64,000 nucleotides of DNA. It comes from Eledone cirrhosa. Taxonomy: Eukaryota. A program made the position numbers and the translations under genes. Below are positions 1-10,737 of this stretch, one piece after another. Below the pieces are notes generated by a model. That model saw only the letters and a program-made list of their open reading frames with translations, was not told where the DNA came from and made no database searches. Location: assembly GCA_964016885.1 (NCBI GenBank), contig OZ024742.1:231260001-231324000 (forward strand). Reading direction: 5' to 3'. The first letter of the stretch is position 1, and each line of letters begins with the position of its first letter.

Positions 1-438
1 TGTCCATAGGTCCCGGAGGAAAAGTCCTACCGAACAGACTGCTGAGCTCGTCGTCTTCGACGCCTAAAGTCTCCCCGAGCACGTCGTCGCGCTTGTAAAG
101 TACTAACAGTCTATAGAATGTCGAAGTGGAGTCTCCACTGATTGCTGTGCCCGCTTGACAGAGGACTGTGAGCGCCTGGACACATTCAATGTGCCAGGCG
201 CCCATTTTCTTCGGTCTTCGCTTGACCCAGGACTGCAGTTCCGTCAGCGAGACAAGTTGTGGGAAGGCCCGTCTCACAAACGGTGCCCACACCGGTTGGT
301 CGGTGAGGAATACCTGAAGATGCCGTAGCCTCAGCACATGTTTGCGCATCATTAGCCACGCACGGCATGCCAAGCCCTCCGTTGGAAGGGTGTTGACAGC
401 AGACGGATCTCCTCACCAGTGGAGCCTGCTTCTTCCAC

Positions 439-439
<1 letters not shown>

Positions 440-516
<77 letters not shown>
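440..516. repeat. (AGAT)n microsatellite, tail of a Tx1 3' end
   Basis: Perfect tandem AGAT run directly abutting the TTTCTTTATT 3' terminus at ~517-530. Confidence 0.95.
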
Positions 517-517
<1 letters not shown>

Positions 518-691
518 TGTTTCTTTATTAGCCACAGGGGCACAAAAGAAGGGGACAAATACAAAGTGGGGAGTTTACATACAATAAAAAGGAGTAAAAT
601 ACTATCACAAATGCAATTTAAAAATTAGTCGATTTTCCCCAATAGGGGCAGACATTACATATGGGTAACACGTACCCCCGAAAACAAATGT
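517..691 (-). mobile_element. Tx1-like 3' UTR fragment
   Basis: Shares the TTTCTTTATTA.CCACA terminus and the CCCCAATAGGGG motif with the 3' UTRs at 21106, 26717 and 32644. Confidence 0.8.
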
Positions 692-3309
692 GCACCGGTT
701 GGTCGGTGAGGAATACCTGGAGATGCCGTAGCCTTAGCGCATGTTTGCGCATCATTAGCCACGGCATTCCCAGCCCTCCGTTTGAAGGGTGTTGATAGCA
801 GACGGATATCCTCACCAGTTGAGCCTGCTTCTTCCACAGGAACTAGAAGAGCATGCGTTCCATCTTGGTGAGGTATTCACGGGGACAAGGCACGACAGTC
901 AAGCGGTAGTAGATGACGGACGCTATGAAAGTGTTCGCCACCTCCGCTCGACCTTTCAAAGACAGTTTTCACTCTGCCCACTTCTGAGTGAGTGCAAATA
1001 CCTTGGCCATGACCTCGTTCCAGTTTTTCTCCACCTGGAGGTCTGGACCGAACCAGACTCCGAGCAATTTCACTGGTCCTTCCATCCAGCGTCCGACGAT
1101 GCTGTCGGACGGTATCGGTTGCAAACCGACAGACTTGTCCGGGTTCAGTTTTGCTCCTGTGAACCTTTCGTATTCCTGTAGTAGGTTGCGGATTACCCCG
1201 ATTTCCGAGGTTTTCTACACCATTGCCGTCACGTCGTCGGCATAAGCCGACGCCGCTTTTTCGCAATTTCCGCAGTAGTGGCTCTAGAATCAATACGTAC
1301 AGAATGGAAGAGAGAGGGCATCCCTGTCGAATGGAACGTGTGATTGCGAACGGTTCCGATAGGTAGCCGTTCACCTTGACCTTCGAGCAGATGCTGGTGT
1401 GCATCGCCATGATCCAGCCTCTGAAAAAGGGACCGAAACTGGCCGCCTTGAGAACCGCTTTCAAGTATCGATGGTCGACCCTATCGAATGACTTAGACTG
1501 ATCAAAATTGATCAGAGCCCCACCGAAGCCGGGTTTACACCCCATCCTCTCTATGATGTATCGCATGAGGTGGAGGTTGTCGTGTATGGACCGGTCGGGA
1601 TTGCACACGTTTGCGCTTTCCCTACCAGGTTTTCGACGACAAGAGCCAGCCTCCTTGCTATCACCTTGGCCAAAATCTTTAACTGTGTTGAGCAGAGTTA
1701 TGGGCCTGAAATTGTTTATTTCGTCCCCCTTGTTCTCGTCTTTCCTTATCAGCGTTACTACGCCCTTGCCTGCAGAACTGGGAATTGTCCCATTCTACTG
1801 CCAATTGCAGTAGACGGCTTCGAGGACGCCAGAGAACAAGTCCGGCATGCCTATGTAAAACACATAGGGTAGACCATCTAGACCGGGTGATTTGCGTTTC
1901 CCGTAGCGGCCCAGAGCGTCCCGTATCTCAGTGGCTGTGATCGGTCTTTCGCAGAACTCGGTGTCCATGCTCGAGAGACGCGGCAGGCCCTCGAGGTATG
2001 AACCAAAGTCCATTTCCCCGTTCGGTGCACCGTCGTTCTGCTCAAACAGTCGCGCAAAGTGCCGCTGAAAGGCCGCGCACATCTGCCTGGGGTCAAGTAG
2101 CCCGCGTCCGTTTTGGTCTTTCAAAGACCGAATCGTGGACTTGTTGCCACTTTTCGCTTCCGCCACTCGGGCCCAGCTAACATCTTTTGCTCCCTCGTTT
2201 CCTAGAGCACGTGATTTACTTCTTACCACGCAGCCTTCGTGTTTCGCGTCGAAGAACTGGTCCAGTGCCGTTCTCGATGCTAGCACTCTAGCTGCGTTGC
2301 CACTCCTAAGCGCCTCTTCTACTTTGGCTACTAGTTCTGTTTCTGATTTGTTTTTCTCTAAAGCTAATTCTCTGCTAAACCCTATCGATTCTACACTAAT
2401 TGCTCTCTTGAGAGAGTACCACCATCTATTGTTGACGATGGCACCCGTCAACTCTTGCTTAACTAATCTACTTATCCGTTCACTGTAGGCTTTTCGTGCC
2501 GGCAACGACACGTTCAGCTTCCAGTATCCGGGTCCTTGTCTATATATTCTATCACGGTTGACTATGCAGACGACTAGTTTGTGATCTGAATAGGCAACCA
2601 TGTGCATTTGTGGACAGCTTAACATCTTCTTGTCCTTTTCTCTAATGAAAAAACCTATCTAGATACGATCTAGATGTCCCGCTGCGGTTTGCCCACGTCC
2701 ACTGTGGTGCAGTTGGGAAATCTAGTCGATACCTATCGGCCAGTTGGAATTGACCGATTAGATTTTTGAGGCTGTTGCACTCCGCTCTACTGGGACATGC
2801 TCCCACATAGTCCCATCGTGCATCTAGGATACCATTCCAGTCCCCCACTAAAAGCAAGGAGCGAGACGTTCCCAGAAAAGACTCTAGACGCTTAAAGAAG
2901 TCTGGCCGCGATTGTGATTGCCCGGTCGGGGCATAAACGGCCACCAGTCTGAAGGCTCCACCTCCAATACTGTTCACCTCTAGGACCACCAGTCTACCCT
3001 CCGGGTCCAAATGTACTTGTTGTACTTCGAGATCCAGGTTTTTCCGAAACATGACAGTCACTCTCCCTCCACCTTCCGGCTGACAGAGAGATGCGTAGAT
3101 CTCAAAGTCATTGAAGATGGGGGTTAGTTGCTGCCTGTTGTAGATCCTGGACTCGGTGATGGCTATTACATCTATACCGTGTGACCTAAGGTCGTTTAAA
3201 AGTTGGCCCTGTTTCCAGGGCATCCCTAGGCCACGCACATTCGCGCTTCCAACTCGTAAGTCAGCCATGTTGGTGGAGAAGAGTTGGCAAAAAGGACGAA
3301 AAGGTGCAC

Positions 3310-4834
3310 TTACCTTTTCGTTTCCTGGAGATCGGGTTGTTGAATCTCCATTTCAGTTCTGGTGGGGGTGTTGAGTGGGGTGGGGAAACATTTCAACAGA
3401 ACACGGTTTATTGGTTTTTGGCAGGGCTTGCCAACCTCCTGTGAAAACTTTTCTTTCAATTTCTGATAGGTCTCTATCGAAACGCTTATTAGTTTTAGGT
3501 GTGGTTGAGAGTTTGCTTTTACAAAAGTTTTCCCCTCAGTTTCTACTTTGGGGTCTTGGGAGATGACCTCTATTAGATTTTTGTTGTTTGTGATAATGTA
3601 TGTGTATTGTTGTTTGTTGTTTTTTTTTGTTGTGTTGTTTTGGTTTGTTGTTCATTTTGTAGTTTTCTTTTTATGGTGGGCATTTGTGTTTGGGGTGGTG
3701 TTGGTGTTTGTTTTGCTGGTATGGGGGGAGGTGATTGTGGTGGTGTTTGTGTTGGTGGTTGTGTGTTTGTGTTGGTGATTGTTGTTTTTGTGGCTTTGTG
3801 GTGTCTCTTTTTTTGTATTTTTATTTCCGGGGCTCTCCTTCATCTTCACTTGGGGATGGAGAAGTAGCCTCGTCTGGTGATGAATCGTCATCAGGGGCGT
3901 GTGGGAGGGGTATGTTGTGTGGTGATGGTGTGTTTGTGTGTGTGATTGTGGTAGTGTTGGATGGAGTGGGATGGGGTGGGACTGCGTTTTTCAGGGGAAT
4001 TGTTTGTGTTTTTTCTGTTGTTTGTGGGTTAACAGTTGTTTGTTTTTGTGTGTTTGCTTGCTTTGTGTGTTGTTGTTGTGGTGGTGGTTTTGGAGTTGGT
4101 GTTGGTAAAAATACTTTTTTTTTTTGGGGGGGGGGGGGGTCGTAAGAGGGGACAGGAGGCCTTTAAATGCGATGTGCTCGCGCATTTAAAACAATGTCGC
4201 TTCCTCGCATCTGCCGAAATGTGGATGTAATTGGTATTGTCTACTGGCACCCTTTCTGGTATCTTGGAAATTCTGTCCGGTTTCATTTGGATAGGTGTTT
4301 CTTGTGGATTTTTGAATAGACAGTATTGTGTCTTCATCCTCCTCCAAGAACCCTGCCAGAATCCACCAGATGTTAATGTTGGGTGGTATATTGGTGATGT
4401 TTATTCTTTGTGTTCTTTTTCCCATGTATGTAGGGAAAAAGGTGTGTGTGGCAGAGGTGACCGGGGTCACTGAGTATTTTTTCGCAAGGGCCTCACTTTT
4501 GAAGAGCACCGAAATGCTTCCATACAGTTTAGCCCTTTGTATGTATTGTATTTCCGGCATTGCCTCTTTCAAGACGATTTAAATTTCGCCTTGAGTAAGG
4601 AAAGCCGGTTTTTTTTTTGTTTGTTCAAAACCGTGCGAAAAAATCACAGTCCTTCGCATAGTTTCGGCTTTGACTTGAGGCAGAGAGGTTATTTTAAATC
4701 CCCCTTTTTCCTCGAAGGTAATATATTTTTTTCCTTCATTGATCATTTCCTTCGCATTGGAAATATCAATATTTGTAAAAGTTCCTTTGCTTATTGTGGC
4801 AAAAGATTTTTATGGTTACTGTTGTTGTTGTTGT

Positions 4835-4901
<67 letters not shown>

Positions 4902-5036
4902 GCCAATTGCTTGATTTGTGGTTGTGGAGTTCATTTGTGAAGTTGTGTTTTTTTCTTGTTCAATATTTTTTGGTGCCGTTTGTGTTTCCATACTTTTGTT
5001 TTCATGTGATTTTTCTCGGTTATTATCTGTTGTGGA
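3310..5036 (-). pseudogene. Disrupted ORF1 (gag-like, CCHC knuckle) of Tx1-like element
   Basis: ORF pieces 4186-4572, 4029-4337 (CFKC..H..C), 3652-3891 and 4791-5099; ends AGG TAA like the other copies. Confidence 0.8.
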
Positions 5037-5216
5037 TTGGTAGTATCGGTAGAGGGTCAGACGCCATGCTTTGACACATAGAGTTACGGCCCTTGCCATT
5101 CTGAGTTCAAATCCCGCCGAGGTTAACTTTGCCTTTCATCCTTACGGGGTCGATAAAATAAAGTACCAGTAATGCACTGGGTAATTGCTGGCCTTGTGCC
5201 TAAAGTAGAAACAATT
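5037..5216 (+). mobile_element. tRNA-derived SINE, family 1
   Basis: A-box-like TGGTAGTATCGG, B-box GAGTTCAAATCC, central TTTGCCTTTCATCCTTACGGGGTCGATAAAATAAAGTACCAG; many near-identical copies in the window. Confidence 0.9.
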
Positions 5217-5242
5217 ATTTATTATTTATTTTTTATCTAAAA

Positions 5243-5315
5243 ATACAAAGATAAAAAATAAATAATAAATAATAAATAATAATTTATTATTTATTATTTA
5301 TTTTTATCTTTGTAT
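5243..5315. repeat. AT-rich inverted repeat (~34-bp arms)
   Basis: ATACAAAGATAAAAAATAAATAATAAATAATAAAT ... ATTTATTATTTATTATTTATTTTTATCTTTGTAT, one indel. Confidence 0.8.
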
Positions 5316-6206
5316 CCTGCTTTTATTTATTTGTGATTTTCTGCTTATTATTCCTTACCCAGGTCATTATGCACCATTCATAGCTCCCTACCCACCAAAG
5401 AACCACACTACTTATAATCCGGACTAACTGGGACTTAAAAATAATTAAAGACTATTGGCCCTTTTCATTGGGTTTTACCACTTTCGACTGATGTGGTGGA
5501 TTTCCCGGCTGTGCGGCGGGCGCTCGGAAAGTTCAGCCTTCCTTGGGTGCTTGGAAAAATAAATTTCCCCTCTTTCGGTAAACGAAACTACTCGAAGCGG
5601 ACGATTTGCCCCGAGGCCCGCCGCACCGCCTGTTTTAACCGCCACATTATACTCATACCTAACTGTTAGCTGTTTCATGCCTTCCTCTGCTGGCACGTAA
5701 ATAAACCCCTCCTGTGTGAATTAATGGTATTCGTTTGGTATAGACGATGGCCTGTAGAAGCTGGTTGACTTCCCGCTAGCACACCCGGAGCCTATCGCAG
5801 CTACGTTCCTAGAGTACTCGGAAAAATTAATTTCCATTTATTTCGCTAGACGATACCACTCAAAACTGGCTGACACGTGGTTAGGAGGTGCTGGCTGGGA
5901 TTTACTCTATATCCCACCTTGATAACTTATCGAGATTCCCTATAATACACTTAAACCTTTTCATATAAGACTCTCTCTGTAATTTCATTAAATAAATCTC
6001 GCAACATAAACCTTTAATTTTCTATTACTTTTCTAATAATTTAATTTCATCCTATGACTCTTAACATAAGTTAACGTTCCAATTTTCTGTTCACACATTA
6101 GACCATACAGACACCCATATATATGCCTTTGTTAAAATATGGGTTCTTTGGAATAACATTTTTCGCGGCGTCCTCTAGCATGACTGTAGTGTGACCCTTA
6201 CGCTGA

Positions 6207-6213
6207 CTTTTCT

Positions 6214-6269
<56 letters not shown>

Positions 6270-6276
6270 TTTTTTC
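6207..6276. repeat. (TTTC)n microsatellite
   Basis: Direct reading. Confidence 0.9.
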
Positions 6277-6458
6277 TCTGACGGAGAGGTGGTAGTACAT
6301 TATAAGCCTTCGCCCTCTCACCAGATGGTCATTAGTAGACCGAGTTGCCATCATTTGAGGGCGACTGACCGAGGTGAAAGCAGCTAGTTGGTCAGTCGTC
6401 CTCTCTGTCTCTGATTTTCGGACCCATGGATTTTATATATTCCTTTGTTATATTTCGA

Positions 6459-6516
6459 ATACCTGATGATATCACCGGATTCATACGGAACCTGGTCATT
6501 GAAATGATCATAGTAT
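6459..6516 (+). ncRNA. Type I hammerhead ribozyme motif (minimal, Penelope-type)
   Basis: Stem I ATAC/GTAT; CTGATGA 6463-6469; stem II ACCGG/CTGGT; GAAA 6501-6504; palindromic helix III TGATCA; UA site; AATAAA follows. Confidence 0.75.
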
Positions 6517-6567
6517 AATAAACTTTTCAAGGATTTACACCAGTCCAGCCTCCTGTCATTTTATTTG

Positions 6568-6568
<1 letters not shown>

Positions 6569-6642
<74 letters not shown>
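6569..6642. repeat. (TA)n microsatellite between two convergent hammerhead elements
   Basis: Direct reading. Confidence 0.95.
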
Positions 6643-6644
<2 letters not shown>

Positions 6645-6656
6645 AAAAGAGTGAGG

Positions 6657-6752
6657 ACCCCGACGGCTGAGCTCCTGCCGTTTCGACAGCTAGATCCGTA
6701 CTAAACCAGCAGTATTAGGACGGCGGCGACCTAGCTGAACTTATCAAGGGAT
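6657..6752 (-). ncRNA. Type I hammerhead ribozyme motif, U3-A8 core, GUC site
   Basis: Minus strand: ATCCC-TTGATAA-G..CAGCTAGGTC...GATCTAGCTG.C-GAAA-CGGC(AGGAGCTCA)GCCG-TC-GGGGT; all three helices pair. Confidence 0.85.
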
Positions 6753-6970
6753 ACAGTCCATATATGGGCATGCAATCAAAACAAAGTAGAAGTATCAAAT
6801 CAAACAATTCTTAAAATTGTTGTTTTTCTTGTCTGTCACGTGGAGTGGTCAATGATTTGGGGATGTCAAGTACATGGTTAAATTCCTTCATAGCGGCGGG
6901 GGGGGGGGGGGCTGAACAGGCCTGTAGAACAAAGGGAAGGGAGGAAGATGACATTCTGATCTGTGAGTGC

Positions 6971-7148
6971 CACAGGTAAAATTCCCTTGTAACGAATACC
7001 ATTATAACGAATTATTCAGTATAACAAACTTTTTTTCAGTCCCCGGCCACACGCTCAATGCGTTAGGTCGATCTCGTTATAAAGAATTTTTTGTAACAAC
7101 CAATTTTTTTATACCCCGTGAATTTCGTTATAACGGAATTTTACTGTA
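6971..7148. mobile_element. Tc1/mariner-pogo-type MITE
   Basis: Imperfect TIRs CAGGTAAAATTCCCTTGTAACGAA ... TTCGTTATAACGGAATTTTACTG-TA; internal GTTATAAC repeats. Confidence 0.7.
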
Positions 7149-7172
7149 TATAATAATATATATATATATATA

Positions 7173-7783
7173 TGGTGGCTGCCAACTCGTTTTCGAGTAC
7201 GGCCACTACTTAATATCCATGTAGGAGAACTCCTACCGATGCGCTGAACGAGTGTGACTTTTTAGTCCAGCCAGCGACTTGAAAACTCTGGTACAAACAC
7301 TACATTTGTGACAATTATTGACACATAGTGCTGGGCCCATGGTACCATGTGATGACAAGTGCAGAGAGATCTCCAGATATAAAGCAATGCCTGTGCCGTG
7401 AAGTTTTTATAGTGAGCAAAGGCACTGCACAAAGCCATTCCCACTCTCTTAACCAAGATGATATTTACCAAAAAGAAGAACAAGTCAACATCATTGGATA
7501 CCATCAGTGTTGCAGGTGTTATAACAGAGTTTTCCTTCTCCTAGAATTCTGCCTTGACAAAGGCTAAGGGGTCATCTCTCCCGGTGATTTTGGATGGCCA
7601 TTGACTCTTAAGAGCTCCTTTGCCCTTTGACAGGATTTGTTTTTAGTCCTACAGGATTTCCAAAGTCATCCTCCTCACCAAGAAACCTTGGTGGAGTTGC
7701 CAGTTTAGTCGCCAACGACCCGACCATGAGACAGGTTGTACTGGGATACATGTTACCAGTAGCACCAACTGGTGACCTGACAT
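7173..7783 (-). mobile_element. ~610-bp non-autonomous RTE-like retroelement, copy 1
   Basis: Highly similar to 7881-8491; its 3' part encodes a C2H2 remnant ([22 protein letters not shown]); bounded by microsatellites. Confidence 0.7.
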
Positions 7784-7880
7784 AAATATATATATATATA
7801 CACATACATACATACATACATACATACATACATACATACATACATACATACATACATACATACATACATACATACATACA
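7784..7880. repeat. (TA)n/(CATA)n microsatellite spacer
   Basis: Direct reading. Confidence 0.9.
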
Positions 7881-8491
7881 TGGTGGCTGCCAACTCGTTT
7901 TCGAGTACGGCCACTACTTTATATCCATGTAGGAGAACCCCTACTGATGCGCTGAACGAGTGTGACTTTCCAGTCCAGCCAGCGACTTGAAAGCTCTGGT
8001 ACAAACACTACACTTGTGACAATTATTGACACATAGTGCTGGGCCCATGGTACCATGCGACGACAAATGCAGAGAGATCTCCAGATATAAAGCAATGCCT
8101 GTGCCGTGAAGCTTTTATAGTGAGCAAAGGCACTGCACAAAGCCAGTCCCACTCTCTTAACCAAGATGATATTTACCAAAAAGAAGAACAAGTCAACATC
8201 ATTGGATACCATCAGGGTTGCAGGTGTTATATCAGAGTTTTCCTTCTCCTAGAATTCTGCCTTGACAAAGGCTAAGGGGTCATCTCTCCCGGTGATTTTG
8301 GATGGCCATTGACTCTTAAGAGCTCCTTTGCCTTTTGACAGGTTTTGTTTTTAGTCCTGCAGGATGTCCAAAGTCACCCTCCTCACCAAGAAACCTTGGT
8401 GGGGTTGCCAGTTTAGTCGCCAACGACCCGACCATGGGACAGGTTGTACTGGAATACATGTTACCAGTAGCACCAACTGGTGACCTGACAT
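7881..8491 (-). mobile_element. ~610-bp non-autonomous RTE-like retroelement, copy 2
   Basis: Same ends as copy 1 (TGGTGGCTGCC ... GGTGACCTGACAT). Confidence 0.7.
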
Positions 8492-8492
8492 A

Positions 8493-8548
<56 letters not shown>

Positions 8549-8602
8549 ACATATACATATATATACATATACATATACATATATATATACATATACATAC
8601 AC

Positions 8603-8657
<55 letters not shown>

Positions 8658-8671
8658 TACACATACACATA

Positions 8672-8701
<30 letters not shown>
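8492..8701. repeat. (TA)n/(CATA)n compound microsatellite
   Basis: Direct reading. Confidence 0.9.
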
Positions 8702-8702
<1 letters not shown>

Positions 8703-8945
8703 GGTGGCTGCCAACTCGTTTTCGAGTACGGCCACTACTTTACATCCATGTAGGATAACCCCTACCGAAGCGCTGAACGAGTGTGACTTTTTAGTCCAGC
8801 CAGCGACTTGAAACCTCTGGTACAAACACTACACCTGTGACAATTATTGACACATAGTGCTAGGCCCATGGTAGGACAACTATTGACACATAGTGCTGGG
8901 CCCATGTGAGGACAAGTGCGGAGAGATCTCCAGATATAAAGCAAT
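8702..8945 (-). mobile_element. Non-autonomous RTE-like retroelement, copy 3 (3' part only)
   Basis: Same 3' end; internal ~35-bp duplication of ACAATTATTGACACATAGTGCT.GGCCCATG; stops at (CATA)n. Confidence 0.7.
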
Positions 8946-8979
8946 ACATACATACATACATACATACATACATACATAC

Positions 8980-9670
8980 GATAATAAATACATTAAAAGC
9001 TACAACAATGTGGAAGACATCCATGTACATAATATGAAAGAGTACTGGTGGAATGTTCCAGTAAAAACACCAATAAAATGCAGGCATAACAGACCAGATA
9101 TTATGATATGAGACAGGGAGAAGAAAACATGCACAGTAGTGGAAATTAGCTGCCCAGCAGATGCCAATCAAAGATTAGTGAAAAGGAGAATATTTATGCA
9201 GAACTGATGAGAAATCTGCAGATACTCCACCCTGATTACACCTTCAGATTTATGCCTGTGATTATTGGGGCACTGGGATATGTTAGTAACTGCCTCAATA
9301 CAAATCTTGAGAAGCTAGGCTTCACAGAAACAGAAAGAACACAACTAGTTAGGAAACTACAAGTACAATCCATTAATGGAACAGTAAAAATATGTAAAAA
9401 ATATGTAAAATATGTAAAACATTCCAAACATTTTGCATCTAATAACTGCATATACACATGTACAGATACAAAGCATATACACATGCACACATACAACTCA
9501 AAATATACACATCCACACATACAATAACATCCATATCTACACATGCATGCATACATACATATCTACCTAGTTGATGTTGTGTAAATTCCATTGAGAGAGT
9601 CTTGTGTCTATGTTAGAAACCGACTCTCTCTCTATTGGTAAAACTTTGTGAAATTATAAAACCAGAAGAA
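8980..9670 (+). mobile_element. 5'-truncated R4/Dong-type (restriction-like endonuclease) non-LTR element
   Basis: YWWNVPVKT...HNRPDIMI...VVEISCPAD and MPVIIGALG motifs; (CATA)n on both sides; 3' UTR hairpin GAGAGAGTC/GACTCTCTC (9593-9630). Confidence 0.82.
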
Positions 9671-9748
9671 CATACATACATACATACATACATACATACA
9701 TACATACATACATACATACATACATACATACATACATACATACATACA

Positions 9749-9778
<30 letters not shown>
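9671..9778. repeat. (CATA)n microsatellite
   Basis: Direct reading. Confidence 0.95.
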
Positions 9779-9779
<1 letters not shown>

Positions 9780-10072
9780 GTTACATAGATAGACTGACAG
9801 GCAGACATACTTGTCGTGAGCAATCACATACTTGGTGCGAAAGCATTTTCATTCAGTAATGTCAAAACTATCAGCCTTGTTAAATAACTGGTTATTCTTT
9901 TGATCACGTTTATTGAAGAAACCTTTTTATATGAAATCATTGCGATATTTGCCAGTCATTGAATTTACCATGCAGATACTTGCTACAAACATGGTTGGAT
10001 ACGCCAGCAACAGGGCGAAACTGAAGAAAAAAGCAAACATTTGTAGTTATTGAAGAAACCGAAGCTATAAAG

Positions 10073-10445
10073 TACAGTTGTCCCCCGGTATTCGCGGGGG
10101 GTTACGTTCCTAGAGCATCCGCGAAGAGTGAAATCCCGCGAATATTGGACGTGGTCCATAAAAATACCTATAAACATCAAAATATAGCCTAAAATTTAAT
10201 AAATAAAAAAAGAAGAGAGCGTCTTATGCGAAGGGGCGTCCAATAGACCGGCAAATGCGGTATATTGTTATTAATAATTTAGCATTAAAAAATATATATA
10301 TTCCCACAAAAAAAGCCATTAAAAAAATCGCGGAAGATATTTACGATTCCGCGAATATGCGGTCATTTCCACGAGCAATTATTAGTTAGGTTCTAAGGAA
10401 AAATCCGCGAATAACTGGGGCCGCGAATGTCGAAGGTACACTGTA
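10073..10445. mobile_element. Tigger/pogo-like MITE
   Basis: TA-CAGTTGTCCCCCGGTATTCGCGG ... CCGCGAATGTCGAAGGTACACTG-TA; recurrent CCGCGAA motifs. Confidence 0.8.
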
Positions 10446-10469
10446 TTTTTTTCTTTCATTGCAATATGA

Positions 10470-10680
10470 TTATTTCTGATTTAGGCACAAGGCTAGAAAT
10501 TTGGGGTAAGAAGAAAATGTCAGTTATCTTAACCCCAGTACTTCACTGTTACTTTTGTTTATCAACTATAAAAGGAAAGTTGGCATCGACGGGATTTGAA
10601 CACATAACCTAAGAGGCTGTAACTAAATACGGCAAGGCATTTTGTCCAACGCTCTACCGATACTGACCAACATGTCGCCC
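10470..10680 (-). mobile_element. Diverged SINE family 1 copy
   Basis: GGCACAAGGCTAG...GGGATTTGAAC...CTCTACCGATACTG match the reverse complement of the family. Confidence 0.65.
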
Positions 10681-10737
10681 TCCACTGCTATATAATGGTA
10701 AAAAGATCTTCTATTGGCCATTTGAATAGAATGAAAA

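Larger units (their letters stand above)
1..3268 (-). pseudogene. Disrupted ORF2 (APE-RT) of Tx1-like element
   Basis: Collinear homology to the intact ORF2 at 32894-36313 across several frames; interrupted at 440-691. Confidence 0.9.
1..5036 (-). mobile_element. Degenerate Tx1/L1-clade non-LTR retrotransposon (divergent subfamily), running off the window start
   Basis: Frameshifted ORF2 pieces: APE endonuclease (SANVRG, GDWN, YLDR, YSDH; 2642-3268, 1795-2625) and RT (QGCPLS; 877-1608). ORF1 pieces 3310-5036 include a CFKCASTSHLKASC knuckle and an Asn-rich N-terminus. Confidence 0.92.

Noticed and set aside
7690-7783. HDV-like or twister ribozyme at the 5' end of the 610-bp unit
   Set aside because: P2/P4/CUAA-like parts are present, but I could not build P1, P3/L3 or the twister pseudoknots; left as an untested idea.
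7173-8945. CRISPR-like repeat-spacer array (also considered for 54173-54362)
   Set aside because: Eukaryotic context, wrong unit sizes, microsatellite spacers and no cas genes.
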